Positions 12,278 to 24,420 of a DNA stretch of 64,000 nt are shown in pieces. Below the pieces are notes generated by a model. It was not told the origin of the DNA, made no database searches, and saw nothing but the letters and a program-made list of their open reading frames with translations. Numbering within the stretch: position 1 is the first letter of the stretch; each line of letters starts with the position of its first letter. Origin of the DNA: Eledone cirrhosa (lineage: Eukaryota). Position numbers and translations under genes: made by a program. Location of the stretch: contig OZ024743.1 in NCBI GenBank assembly GCA_964016885.1, positions 39,122,001 through 39,186,000 of the forward strand, given 5' to 3'.

Positions 12278-14505
12278 TTGGTAAACGGAATAGAAAATGC
12301 TGACAAATTGTTCATAGTGAAAAATAGTTTAATTAGGAATAAGTGATAATTAGTAATAGTATTGGTTAGTATTAAGTTTTGGTTTTAAGTTTTACCGGTT
12401 GCGCATTTCAAAAATAATTTTGAGATAGAGCGTCCGTGATCTTTGCTCTGATCTGATTAGTTTTGGGAATTCTACCTGTTTTTATGTTAAAATAGTGGCT
12501 CCAGCGGTATTAAAATAAGTTTTGCGCCAATTCGTGTTGCAAAAACAATTTTGATTGGTCGGTAGAGGTCATGTGATTGTGAAAAATTGATTTTGCGCCA
12601 AATGTAGGTTTGTCACGGCTGACTGAGAAATAAGTCTTTCACAACACATATGTGTGTGTGTGTGTAGTAGTAGTAGTAAAGAGGTTCGTTGTGATAATGG
12701 TCATCTGGGATGTGTGTGCGACCGCAGCCTGTTGACAGTTCAAATGCCTATTAAGACAAGTGTGTGTGTGTGTGTGTGTGTAGCCGAGTAATTGGTGGTA
12801 GAGGGATGGTCAGTAGGAATGTGTCTGTAAGTGTGTGGGGGATATTTTAACATGTTAAAAGATATTTTTTCAGCTCTTGTCTTATACGGAGAAGTGTGTG
12901 TGTGTGTGTGTGTTTGTGTGTGTTTGTGTGTGTGTATATATGTGTGTGTGTGTGAGAGAGAGAATGTGTGTGTGTGGGGGGGGGGATCGGTATTTATTTC
13001 TGTTAAAATTGTGTACCTTATTCGATATTTTCAGTAAAATCGATTTTCTCAATAGAACATCAACATCCTTAATAATTAAAGGTGTGAAATGATATTTAGT
13101 ATTGGCATAATACCAAGGTGTGTGTGAGTGTGTCCAGATTGTACGTACTGCAAGGGGGATCCATTAGGCCTTGCGCTATTGGAATACCTGTACCTGGTGT
13201 GTGTCCAGAAATGGTATACCTGTGCACACATTGCACATATGTATCTTGAGTATGTCCAGAAATTGTATACCTGTGCACAAATATGTATCTGGAGTGTGTC
13301 CAGATTGTACGTATGCAAGGCGAATTCATTAGGCCTTGCCGTATTGGAATACCTGTGCACAAATATGTATGTGCCCATCAGGGTGCAATGCATCTGTGCG
13401 TTTATGTATGTGTGTGTGTCAGCACGTTTATATCTATAGATATCAAAAGGTATGCACATTTGTGTATATTTGTGTTGTACCAAATTACTGCCAACCACAA
13501 CAACGAAACCCACAGTAAAAACATGCGATAGACCCAACTATGGCATTTGCATCAACCTAATAGAGGGTTCGGAATTCTATTTCAAAGAGGGACAACGTTT
13601 TATAGTAAAACACAATTTCACATGTGCATCGGAAAATCTAATATATGTATTAACTTGCTCAGGTTGTCGAGAACAATACATAGGCCAGACCAATAACAGC
13701 CTCCGCCAACGCAAGACTGTCCATAGATCCCAAATTAAAATACGGGAATACAGGAAAATACCACTGAGTGAACACATTGATACCTGTCCCGCCCAAAATC
13801 ATCCCAACTTCAGAATCTTTCCCCTCTACACATTTAAAGATAATGCCACCCACACCCAGCGCATCAGCAAGGAATCTTACTTTATTAACAAATACGGACC
13901 CCGTCTAAACACTTCTCCCTAAGACGAACCCACAACATACACACGTCAACATACATACCTACATCAGTGTACATCTCTACCCACATATAAACACAATGAC
14001 ATACGTAAACACACATGTTCTATGGTGCAACACAAATATACACAAATTTGCATACCTTTTGATGTCTATAGATATAAACGTGCCGACACACACACATGCA
14101 TAAACGCACACATGCATTGCACACTGATGGGCACATACATATTTGTGCACAGGTATTCCAATATGGCAAGGCCTAATGAATTCCCCTTGCAGTGCGTACA
14201 ATCTGGACACACTCCAGACACATATTTGTGCACAGGTATACAATTTGTGCACATGTATACAATTTCTGGACACACTCCAGATACACATATGGGCAAAGGT
14301 ATTCCAATACGGCAAGGCCTAATGGAGCCCCCCTGCAGTACGTACAATGTGGACACACTCACACATACTTTGGTATTATGCCAATACTATATATCATTTC
14401 ACACCTTTTATTATTAAGGTTTTTGATGTTCTATCGAGAGAATCGATTTTACTGAAAATATCGAATAATGTACACCATTTTAACAGAAATAAATAATGAT
14501 CCACC

Positions 14506-14540
<35 letters not shown>

Positions 14541-14768
14541 TCTCTCTCACACACACACACACATATATACACACACACATACAGACGCGTACATTACCAT
14601 ACAAAGAGACACACACACACACACACACACGTACACACACACACACACACACACACACTTCTCCGTATAAGACAAGAGCTGAAAAAATATATTTTAACAT
14701 GTTAAAATATCCCCCACACACTTACAGACACATTCCTACTGACCATCACTCTACCACGAATTACTCTG

Positions 14769-14809
<41 letters not shown>

Positions 14810-15300
14810 TCTTAATAGGCATTTGAACTGTCAACAGGCTGCGGTCGCACACACATCCCTGCTGACCATTATACAACAACGAACCTCTTTACTACTACTA
14901 CACACACACACATATTTGTTGTGAAAGACTTATTTCTCAGTCAGCCGACACAAACCTACATTTGGCGCAAAATCAATTTTTTACATTCACATAACCTCTA
15001 CCTACCAATCGAAATTGTTTTGACCACAAGAATTTTTGCAACACGAATTGGCGCAAAACCGATTTTAATACCGCTGGAGCCACTTTTTTAACATAAAAAC
15101 AGGTAGAATTCACAAAACTAATCAGATCAGAGCAAACATCACGGACGCTCTATCTCAAAATTATTTTTGAAATGCGCAACCGGTAAAACTTAAAACCAAA
15201 ACTTAATACTAACCAATACTATTACTAATTATCAATTATTCCTAATTAAACTATTTTTCACTGTGAACAATTTGTCAGCATTTTCTATTCCGTTTACCAA
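12278..15300 (+). mobile_element. 5'-truncated PLE with inverted pseudo-LTR, forming a ~3-kb palindrome
   Basis: 12278-13482 is the reverse complement of 14023-15300, with high identity and some indels. The spacer holds a GIY-YIG ORF end, and both outer ends abut TA runs. Confidence 0.88.
13495..13922 (+). pseudogene. PLE GIY-YIG endonuclease domain (Neptune-like), 5'-truncated, open frame
   Basis: TCDRPNYGIC...FTCASENLIYVLTCSGCREQYIGQT...LRQRKTVHRSQI...LSEHID...RISKESYFINKYGPRLN. Confidence 0.88.
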
Positions 15301-15596
15301 TATATCATAACTTGTGTGTTACACCTCTATTCTTTTATATTTATATATATATGTTTATATTTATATATATGTATATATTGATATTTATATACAGTAGTTT
15401 GATACGATATATTCGTAGTGGGGAAGAGGTATAAATGTAGCATCCTTATCTTTACTCATGTTTGAGGCGCGTTTCATGATCGATCATCTGGAGAAATTTT
15501 CGGAATCGATCGCGTGACAGACGCCGGAATCGATTGCGTAGCAGACTTGCGGATTCATAATTGGTGGATTCTACAGCGGTGTATATACTTATTCTT

Positions 15597-16450
15597 ATGC
15601 CAGATGATTGAACGTCTGAAAGTATATACTTTCCTTAGGCATATTAACGCTGAGCAGCCTAATTTGCATATCGAGTGAGTTAATCGGCCGGGCGCACCGA
15701 AAACGATAAACGGAAAAAATGAAACGAAATTTCATTTCTCACTCTTAGTACGGCTGTTACTTAAATATAAGTATGTACACGTACATACATATATGTATAC
15801 AGACGTACAGAAGTATGTATATATATATATATATATACATACATGCACACATATATATATATATATATGTACGTATGGATTCACGGAACATTTATTATAA
15901 TGCTCGGTGTGTTAGTAAACAAACATCCCGAATTAAGCCGTAGAGTGTCTAGCAACCATCGTTGCTCATTTGTTCAACACTGAAAAAGGAACGCTATACT
16001 AGTTTCAAGCTTATTAGCTATCGTCAGCAATGTATACCTTCCTGCCAGAAGATTGAACGTATGTAAGTATATACTTTCCTTATGCATATTAACGGCTGAG
16101 CATCCTAATTTGCATATCGAGTGAATTAATCGGCCGGGCGCACCGAAACCGATAAACGGAAAAAATGAAACGAAATTTCATTTCTCACTCTAAGTACGGC
16201 TGTTACTTAAATATAAGTATGTATACGTACCTACATATATGTATACAGACGTACATTAGTATGTATATATATATACATACATGCATACACATATATATGT
16301 ACGTATGGATTCAACGTGATGAACAAATGAGCAACGACGGTTGCTAGACACTGTACGGCTTAATTCGGGATATTTGTTTACAAACACACCGAGCATCATA
16401 ATAAATGTTCGGTGAATCCATACGTACCTATATATATATATGTGTGCATG

Positions 16451-16470
<20 letters not shown>
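15597..16470 (-). repeat. ~445-bp hammerhead-containing tandem repeat (about 1.6 units plus an inverted partial unit)
   Basis: The unit starting gccagatgattgaacg recurs at ~15599 and ~16044. 16320-16470 is an inverted copy of ~15820-15975. Same family as 52490-54055. Confidence 0.85.
15991..16033 (-). ncRNA. Minimal type I hammerhead ribozyme
   Basis: Minus strand acattg-CTGACGA-t-agct-aata-agct-t-GAAA-ctag-TA-tagcgt. Core intact; stem I weakened relative to the 52765 copy. Confidence 0.72.
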
Positions 16471-16504
<34 letters not shown>

Positions 16505-17134
16505 ATTAAGTGAAATGTAACTTCTATCGATGCATTACAATATTTTCTAAATCTTCATTATTTATTATTACACAATATAGTCCTCGGAAAAGATTGAAAG
16601 TCATAACTATTAGTAGGCATGTTTGGTCTTTTAAGAACATGTCATAGAAATATTTCGTCTCAAAGACGGGAAATTGGATTGTCTAGTAGTGCATAGAATC
16701 GATATGTGTATTAAATCACAATGATGTTCACAAGACATTAGTTTAGATAACATAGAAATGGACAAGCTAAATCGACGTAAGTACACTTTCTTCGATATGA
16801 AATGAATGAATTAAATACTTTTTTTGCTTGAAATATGTAGTAAGTGAGGGAATGAGAAGGAGAAAAAGGAAGAGTGTGAGAAAGAGACACATAAATAACA
16901 TTATAATACATATGTATAAAATCACACATGCACACACACATAACTATATATATGTATATGTTTTTACATACTCACTGCATCATACAGATACACTTTCACC
17001 CGCACAAATACATACACCCAAACACACACACACAAAGACAAATACGCACACACACATACACACACACATATATATATATATATAAATGTATATATGTATG
17101 TATATATATATATTTAATATATATATATATACAC

Positions 17135-17165
<31 letters not shown>

Positions 17166-17507
17166 AATGTATGCATATATGTATATTGAGATTGTAGGTA
17201 TCACTATGATAAATATAGAGAGAAGAGATTGGAATAAATGAAAATGAACGTAAAGTAGACGTTGGCACTAGAGACAATGAAGCCGTACAAAATATATAAC
17301 ATTGAACATATAATACAAAATGATAGTGAATATAGACAAGAAGGATAAGTAATTCAGCAAATGAATTTCTCCATTAATTGATTGAAATTCAAAGCCAGTT
17401 CGTACATTGCATAAATATATACACGTGCAAACATGTATATTTACACCCACACACATACGCACGCACACACACACATACACACACACACACACACATATAT
17501 ATATATG

Positions 17508-17886
17508 TACGAGGGCAATCCCAAAAGTAAGGTCTCCAAAGCGATGGAGACGCACAGAAACTGTTCGTTCGGCTGTTGGCAACACTGTTGTGATTGTTAC
17601 TTCCTTCACTCCCAAACAAGCATGCGCGCGCTTCGCTGGGATGCTCAATCTTGGATTGGCAGCCGTTGATAGTGGAGCTCCCGTTAAATGCTACCGCCAA
17701 ATGCGAAGTTTGCGCAGTTATTCGGTTTTCTGAACGCAAAAGGCGTTGAACCGATTGAAATTCATCGCCAATTGAATGAAGTGTATGGACTGTCGTGCAT
17801 GGACGTCAAGAACGTTCGCAAATGGTGTAGAGAGTATACAGCCATTCGTACTGAAATTCTCGACGAACAAAGGAGTGGGAGACCGT
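17508..17886 (+). mobile_element. Mariner (Tc1/mariner) 5' fragment: left TIR plus transposase HTH
   Basis: ta-cgagggcaatcccaaaagtaaggtctcc TIR. Frameshifted KCEVCAVIRFLNAKGVEPIEIHRQLNEVYG...VRKWCREY...DEQRSGRP, then truncated. Confidence 0.88.
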
Positions 17887-18561
17887 AATTTGTTAACTTG
17901 AGTACCATTATATATTGTTTATTATAAATGTTAGTATATTATTATTATATTATTATTGTGACATCTATATTGTTTGTGTAAATTAACCGTAGATTATCTA
18001 TTCTATTATATTGTATTATATAGTATATAATTGTATTGTTTATTATTTATTATATGTGCTACTTATAATTATATCATATTATTACCTCATGTATATTGGG
18101 TAGATGTATTAGTATTATTATTATTATTATTTTCATTCCTATCATGCTTATTTTTATATTCAAACTCTTAATAAGGTTTAATTTGTGCAGTTGAAGATGG
18201 ATGTGTGTATTGTTGTATGTGTATGTGTGTGTACGTGTGCGCACATATATACATATGCATATTGTACCTTTTGATTGTTATTGTAATTTTAATGTTGGTA
18301 AAGGTATATTATATTATATTATATTACATTGTATTATATATAATTCCTGCTCTATATAACCACCATTGTTTAGCTCTAGGTTTTTTTTGCTTTGGACTAT
18401 ATTTGTAATATGGTTCTTAATGTTATATACATCCTTAGTCATTTTTATTATATATTTTTATTATGTTTATTATATATTTTTGCAATACTTTAGTGTATGT
18501 ACACTCCATATTCTTCGGAGCTTCCGGCTTGTATCTGTCGGTATTACTTCTTGTTGTTTTA

Positions 18562-18607
18562 ATTGCCCTGATGAGTCCTTAATAGGACGAAACATTGTCG
18601 GCTAATA
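18562..18607 (+). ncRNA. Minimal type I hammerhead ribozyme
   Basis: attgcc-CTGATGA-gtcct-taat-aggac-GAAA-cattg-TC-ggctaat, overlapping or followed by AATAAA and then (TA)n. Confidence 0.85.
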
Positions 18608-18829
18608 AAGATTTTTGATGTATTGAAGGCTTCTTTGTTTTACTCTCTTAATATATATATATATATATATATATAATGTACATATACATGAATAATATAT
18701 ACATATTTATTTTATTAAGGCTGAATAGTGAGTCTTGTTCCTCGGCAGTCTCCCCAGTTTATCACACGTAGAGTATAACGTGTGAAACACATTAAAGTAT
18801 ACATACCTGTATATGTATATATACATATA

Positions 18830-19116
18830 CAGGAGCTACGTCCGTTCAAAATTAGGTTTCGAACACATCTCCATTCTTTCACAAATAGAAAACTAAGCAC
18901 TCCACTTCGCTCACGGAATACATCACATCACTAAAGGACTTAAACGGCATCGCTGCACCGTACAATTTCAAGAGGAAATGCTATATTTGCCTCATGGAGC
19001 TCTATCACATCATAACTGCACCCCACGAGCTCGTCAACAGTAGAGCTGAAACAGCGATAAGTTGAACACATCGCTTAAAAATATCCTTCTTCAGATGGGT
19101 TAAGGATGAGGAGTGA
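18830..19116 (+). pseudogene. PLE GIY-YIG remnant
   Basis: RPFKIRFRTHLHSFTNRK / HSTSLTEYITSLKD / APYNFKRKCYICLMELYHIITAPHELVNSRAE...THR, with frameshifts and a stop. Confidence 0.75.
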
Positions 19117-19485
19117 AACCGTGCACCGGAACTCCCTGCAACAAGTCTTAACACACCGGCGGGCAGGCGCTGCAAAATAACACCCAGGAAACAATCCTTG
19201 CATACCAGACACAGCCTCAAACGACTCAGACAAACAGATGCGACAAACAAAACTCTCAAAATAAGCGTTGATTACATGCGTATCGACAATGGTAAGGTTG
19301 TAACCTCATCTCGTAGCAGATAAACAAATTTTTCCGGGAAAGACTACCCTAACACCGGGCAGAGTTACCTCCCTTGACCGGCTGCAAAATCAAAACAAGC
19401 TATTTTTGCGAGCAATGAACCTTGGCGTGGATTTAACCTCCAAAACTCTTTCCGAGCAATGTAAGGAACACTTTTGATTATTTAT

Positions 19486-19525
19486 GCCCTTGAGAAGCCC
19501 AAATGGGCGAAACGTACGTAGGTGC
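19486..19525 (+). ncRNA. Minimal hammerhead ribozyme, U3-A8 core variant
   Basis: gccc-TTGAGAA-gccc-aaat-gggc-GAAA-cgtacg-TA-ggtgc. Palindromic stem-loop III, with AATAAA just downstream. Confidence 0.72.
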
Positions 19526-19832
19526 TGTTTTAAATAAACATGTTTTAACGGTCTATTCTCTGATTTCTTACTTTCCCAGGTGCTTACGCTCTGCTAACTC
19601 TCTAGCGTACTAAATATTAACACTTCGAATATTTAATACTGACGGCACTAGTATCGAGCACCTTCGGCATACGCTACTTGGCAAATAACTATATGTATCA
19701 CCTATCCTCCCCTTTTTTTCTCTCTCTAGATACGCAAATAATGTATATATATATATATATGTATATATATACATATAGGTGTGCGTGTCTGTGTCACTTT
19801 GTATATACGTATACAGACATATACAGTTCTAA

Positions 19833-19950
<118 letters not shown>

Positions 19951-20425
19951 GACCGCTATATATCTACGTATATCACAAGCGCTCTATCTCAAAATTATTT
20001 TTGAAAAGCATTAGAAATAGCACAACCTGTAAAAACTTAAAACTAAAATTGAATACTAACCAATAATTATTACTAATTTATACTTATTCCTAATTAAACT
20101 ATTTTTCACTGGAAAAAATTTGTCAGCATATATATATATATATATATATACAGATATATCCACCAATATTAATGGTAGTGTCTAAACCGTATGAAGAACT
20201 CAATCTAATCCGTATGAGAAGATGTCGTGAAGCAAAGTTTAAAATACAAAATTTTCAACGATATAATTTATTGGATACAGAGTCAGAAATAGAAATATTA
20301 AAACAATGAAATTAAACAAAAAACGGTTAATTAATAGTAACATTCATTATTTTACGATCGTTTCTGGGGGGTAGTCCTCCTTATGTCCATTCTATTACTG
20401 TTCTATATAAAATTATTACAAAATA

Positions 20426-20564
20426 TCATTATTTCTGAAGACGGCGGATAGTGAAGACGTATGTATATTGTCTTACTATTATATTTTGTAATATAGTTTA
20501 CATAGATCAATCATATAATGGACATACGGGGGATTACCACCCAGAAACGATCGTAAAATAATGA
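20426..20564 (+). ncRNA. Type I hammerhead ribozyme with ~100-nt stem II
   Basis: tcattattt-CTGAAGA-[long imperfect hairpin including cgtatgt/acatacg]-GAAA-cgatcg-TA-aaataatga. Perfect 9-bp stem I. An inverted partial copy lies at ~20296-20391. Confidence 0.8.
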
Positions 20565-20777
20565 GTTTTACTATGAATTAACCGTTTTTTAGTTTAATTT
20601 CATTGTTTTAATATATATATTAGAAAATATAAATTTTCACCGTATTTTAGACTAAAGAAATTTCTAGCCTGATAGTGGGGTTTAAATATGGCACTGTTAA
20701 TGACAACACTATTATCTACGTATCTCTACAATTGTTTTGTGGAATAGGAGGTTAATTATATGTCTAAATTTTGCTAG

Positions 20778-20824
20778 TGCTCCGATAAATCCAAACGGAG
20801 GTTTGGAAGAAACGATTGTCAGCA
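20778..20824 (+). ncRNA. Decayed or variant hammerhead (CCGA core)
   Basis: tgct-CCGATAA-a-tccaaac-ggag-gtttgga-a-GAAA-cgattg-TC-agca. Related minus-strand copy at 22863-22911. Confidence 0.55.
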
Positions 20825-21003
20825 ATAACATGTTTTGAACATAATTTTGATTATTCTGTTGTTTATATTCCGGGTCTGTAAAACATCTGATGTATTAACA
20901 ATGAACTATTTTTCTGACTGGTAATAAGATGGTAATGAATTACTGACCTTTCCTGTTTATAATTATATATAGTGTATATATAAGTATAACTAATATTATG
21001 TTT

Positions 21004-21062
<59 letters not shown>

Positions 21063-21187
21063 TTGCGAGGTTTTTGATATGAAATCGTGTGTCGAAACAA
21101 ATATTAATTAATAACAGAACACACTCACTATTTGGTTGATTTTACATAAAATACCTGATCAGCAAAACCTACCCTTTTAAGAAAACT

Positions 21188-21595
21188 TACTGTTCTAATA
21201 GGAAATGTATAACATGTACACTAAACCCCCGGATAAACTGTAAAACTAGAAACGTAGTTTATAGCATAAGATATACAGAGGGTACTTGCAGAAACATGAC
21301 AACAACATACATAGGCGAGACAGCTCGTAGCATAGGTGAAAGGATAGGCCAACACTGGGGGGAACTAAAAGGACGAAAAAACGGTTCAGTACTATACGAA
21401 CATGCCAGACAACAACACAACGGTAACATAGACAACATAGAAGTTAGAATAATATCTAAACATAGAAATGACCCTGCAGATAAGCAAATCAGAGAGGCCA
21501 GTGAAATAGAACATAGAAGGCCAAGGCTAAACAAAAAAAATGAATGGAATAACAACAACACCCAAAAGGACAACACTGACCTAAGAGAAGTATAA
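21188..21595 (+). pseudogene. PLE GIY-YIG endonuclease (short, compact type), 5'-truncated
   Basis: YCSNRKCITC...NCKTRNVVYSIRYTEGTCRNMTTTYIGETARSIGERIGQH...SVLYEH...IREASEIEHRRPRLNKKNEW. Decayed HHR-like motif at ~21851-21900. Confidence 0.85.
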
Positions 21596-22081
21596 ATAAA
21601 TAAATAGATAAATAAATAAATAAATACATACACAAGCACAATGACAACAAACACATATAAACACACACTTATAAACTAAGATAGAATACATTAACCAATA
21701 CACAGTCACCCAAACAAGAACACACATCAAACAAATCACTATACGCAAACGCATGCGCAGAGAAGACAAAATAATAGACAAATAAATAAATAAATAAACA
21801 GACTAAATAAAGATGGCGTAAGCATACAATGCAACGGGAGGAAACATAATAGCACCACTGACAATGTTGCATATGTGCAACGAAAGAACTTTGATAGACT
21901 ATTTATATGTGTTTGTGTCCATATTGTATCTGCATTTTTGACCGTTGGTCAAACATTGAGGAGCGAATAAATAACATTTTCCGATATAAAAGACACAGAA
22001 GCGAAAACCAACCAAACAGTGAGTGTATTCTGTTATTAATTCTGGCAATATTATTACACAAATATGCCCCTCCCCAAGTAT

Positions 22082-22130
<49 letters not shown>

Positions 22131-22135
<5 letters not shown>

Positions 22136-22605
22136 ATACTTTGGGAGGGTCATGTTGCCAATAAGAAACACACGCACCAGTTGCTTTCACTTCAGTTCTG
22201 TCAAAGGACAAAATGAAAACACACACACACATAGAACAAACAACCAACCAGTAACATGTAAATAAACAAATAGATAAATGAACATAAACACACACAAACA
22301 CCCGGATGTGGCGCATGCGCAGACTGAGCACACAACACACACACAGAAACAAAATGGCGTAGGACAGAACAAAGGAGAGGCACAGAAACAAAGAAAGGAA
22401 TCCCCAGTCACTGAAGAGGTCACAGAGTGTGTGACGAAAGAACTATGACTATATATAAACAACTATCTGGTTGTGCAACCAACCAACCAACCAGAAATTT
22501 ATAAATATATAAACCTATAAATTTAAAAATATATAATAAATTGAAGTGAAAGCAGCTGGTGCGTGTGTTTCTTATTGGCAACATGACCCTCCCAAAGTAT
22601 AACAA
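22131..22605 (+). mobile_element. Non-coding mini-PLE: pseudo-LTR with 64-bp inverted ends
   Basis: 22131-22194 is the reverse complement of 22542-22605 (1 mismatch) and encloses an HHR. The left end abuts (TA)n. Confidence 0.72.
22406..22450 (+). ncRNA. Minimal type I hammerhead ribozyme
   Basis: agtca-CTGAAGA-g-gtcac-agagtgt-gtgac-GAAA-gaac-TA-tgact. Confidence 0.78.
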
Positions 22606-22664
22606 TATCGGTTTCAACACACTATTTCAGATAAAGAATCTTGCTAAACAAATTCAGAAACGAA

Positions 22665-22705
<41 letters not shown>

Positions 22706-22862
22706 TGTATACATGAATACTTTAGTGAGTTAAATTTAGTGTGTATTGAAACTTACGTGATTGTATGTCTAGTCCATTCTCACACAGATATATAGGTAAA
22801 TATACATATATATATATAGAGAGAGATTACATGAAACAAAGTTCTGTTTTTTAATCATTTAT

Positions 22863-22911
22863 TTGCTTACGATTGTTTCTTCCAAACCGAGGGTTGATGT
22901 CTTCGGAGCAA
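22863..22911 (-). ncRNA. Variant hammerhead (CCGAAGA core)
   Basis: Minus strand ttgct-CCGAAGA-...-GAAA-caatcg-TA-agcaa; stem II decayed. Confidence 0.55.
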
Positions 22912-23210
22912 TTATTCAGTGATTTTTAACATACTTGACCTCCTTATCAACACAAGAGACATATAGAAACATATGTATATATTGACCCACAGTGGGTTGA
23001 CATCCATTATAATAATATAGCATGGCAATTTACATACAAAGATTACAGTCATATATAACTGCTCTGTAAAACAACTGATGTTGTTACATTGAGCTATTTA
23101 TCTTACTGGTAATAAGATAGTAATAAATTACTGTTTTTCACTATTTAGGGTATAACATATATATAACTATAAAAGGTTTTAGTATATACATAACCATAAA
23201 TAGTATCCTT

Positions 23211-23252
<42 letters not shown>

Positions 23253-23649
23253 ACTCATAAAGAATTCTATAATAGCACTCCTAATTGATTTATTCATTTC
23301 ACTCTTATCGTATAATGAGGTTGCTTACGCCAATTACGCCAAACGGACAGCTCTTTCACATTTAACTAATAGGAATCCCATTGTTCTATCATACCCATGT
23401 GTCACTATCTTCAGTGAGAGACGCCAGGTTTTGGTGTATGTTATGTCGTGAGTTAAACCTTAATTGATTCCCTTTCAGTTGTTCGCTAATATCAGAGTAG
23501 TTCTATATTCAAATAGTAAGATTTCACTAAGATAAGCTCTTTTTTGTAAGAGTATTTTAGAACATCCTTTCTAATTTACTTCTCACATTCAGTTATTACC
23601 AATGCAAATATGGCTAAATGTTTTAGAAGTTCACTTCCCAATCATTAGA

Positions 23650-24420
23650 TATTGGCTTTAATCCCACTGCGTCGCTTTCTGTACACATGCCTTAACATAT
23701 CCTCTGTATAAACTCCCACCAAATTCCCCTGCAGACCGTAATGTTACTACAGATATTGTAACATGATAATAAGCAGTTATATAGATTATGAATAATTCAT
23801 GCATTATTTAAGCCAAACACATCGCATCATGCCATTATGAATGTAGGCATTGTTGTGTAGTTAAAAATGTGCAACCCACTCATGGACCAGTGATATCCAG
23901 ACTTTGTGATATCCACGTGTCGGGTCAAGGCTCGTGAATGTAACTGCTTACATGGGAAATGTGTGGAAGTCCTGAGGGGTGGATTATGTTTGCAATTCAC
24001 ACTGACCGAGTTTTCTTACATAATAGTTCACGTTGCATCATACAGAGAGTGGTGTTCCTGAAAGGATCTGGCATGTATGATTTTAGAACAGTATTCAGTT
24101 GCTTATCAATTATTATCAATTCGGGAGATTATAGGCCTGACGAGGTTACTAGTTTTGTGTACTTTAATTGTAGATATGTTCAGTGTTAATTTCTGTTCAA
24201 TATTTAGGAGGTTGTTGCATCCTGATGGTGCAGAAATTGATATATTCAATTTTTTTTTAGTTATAAATTGCTGCCTCTCATATTTTTCCTGAGTTGTCTA
24301 TAAACTTGGGGTTGGTTTTTAAAAAATGTGTGATGTATTTCTCGTTATCCATGATTGCAAACTGATTGCATTTGTCACATTTACGAACTCTAATTGGTTC
24401 ACTGATTTCAACGCAAGTTA
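23650..24420 (-). pseudogene. Ancient PLE RT remnant
   Basis: Minus-strand peptides IRVRKCDKCNQFAIMDNEKY (cf. KADKG) and IKVHKTSNLVRPIISRID (cf. PK.HK...P.RPIIS). Many stops. Confidence 0.55.

Noticed and set aside
15140-15190. HHR-like gaaatgcgca motif in the palindrome arm (TTGAAAA..GAAA in the 51079 and 19980 copies)
   Set aside because: No UH cleavage triplet and no pairing stem I or II in any copy.
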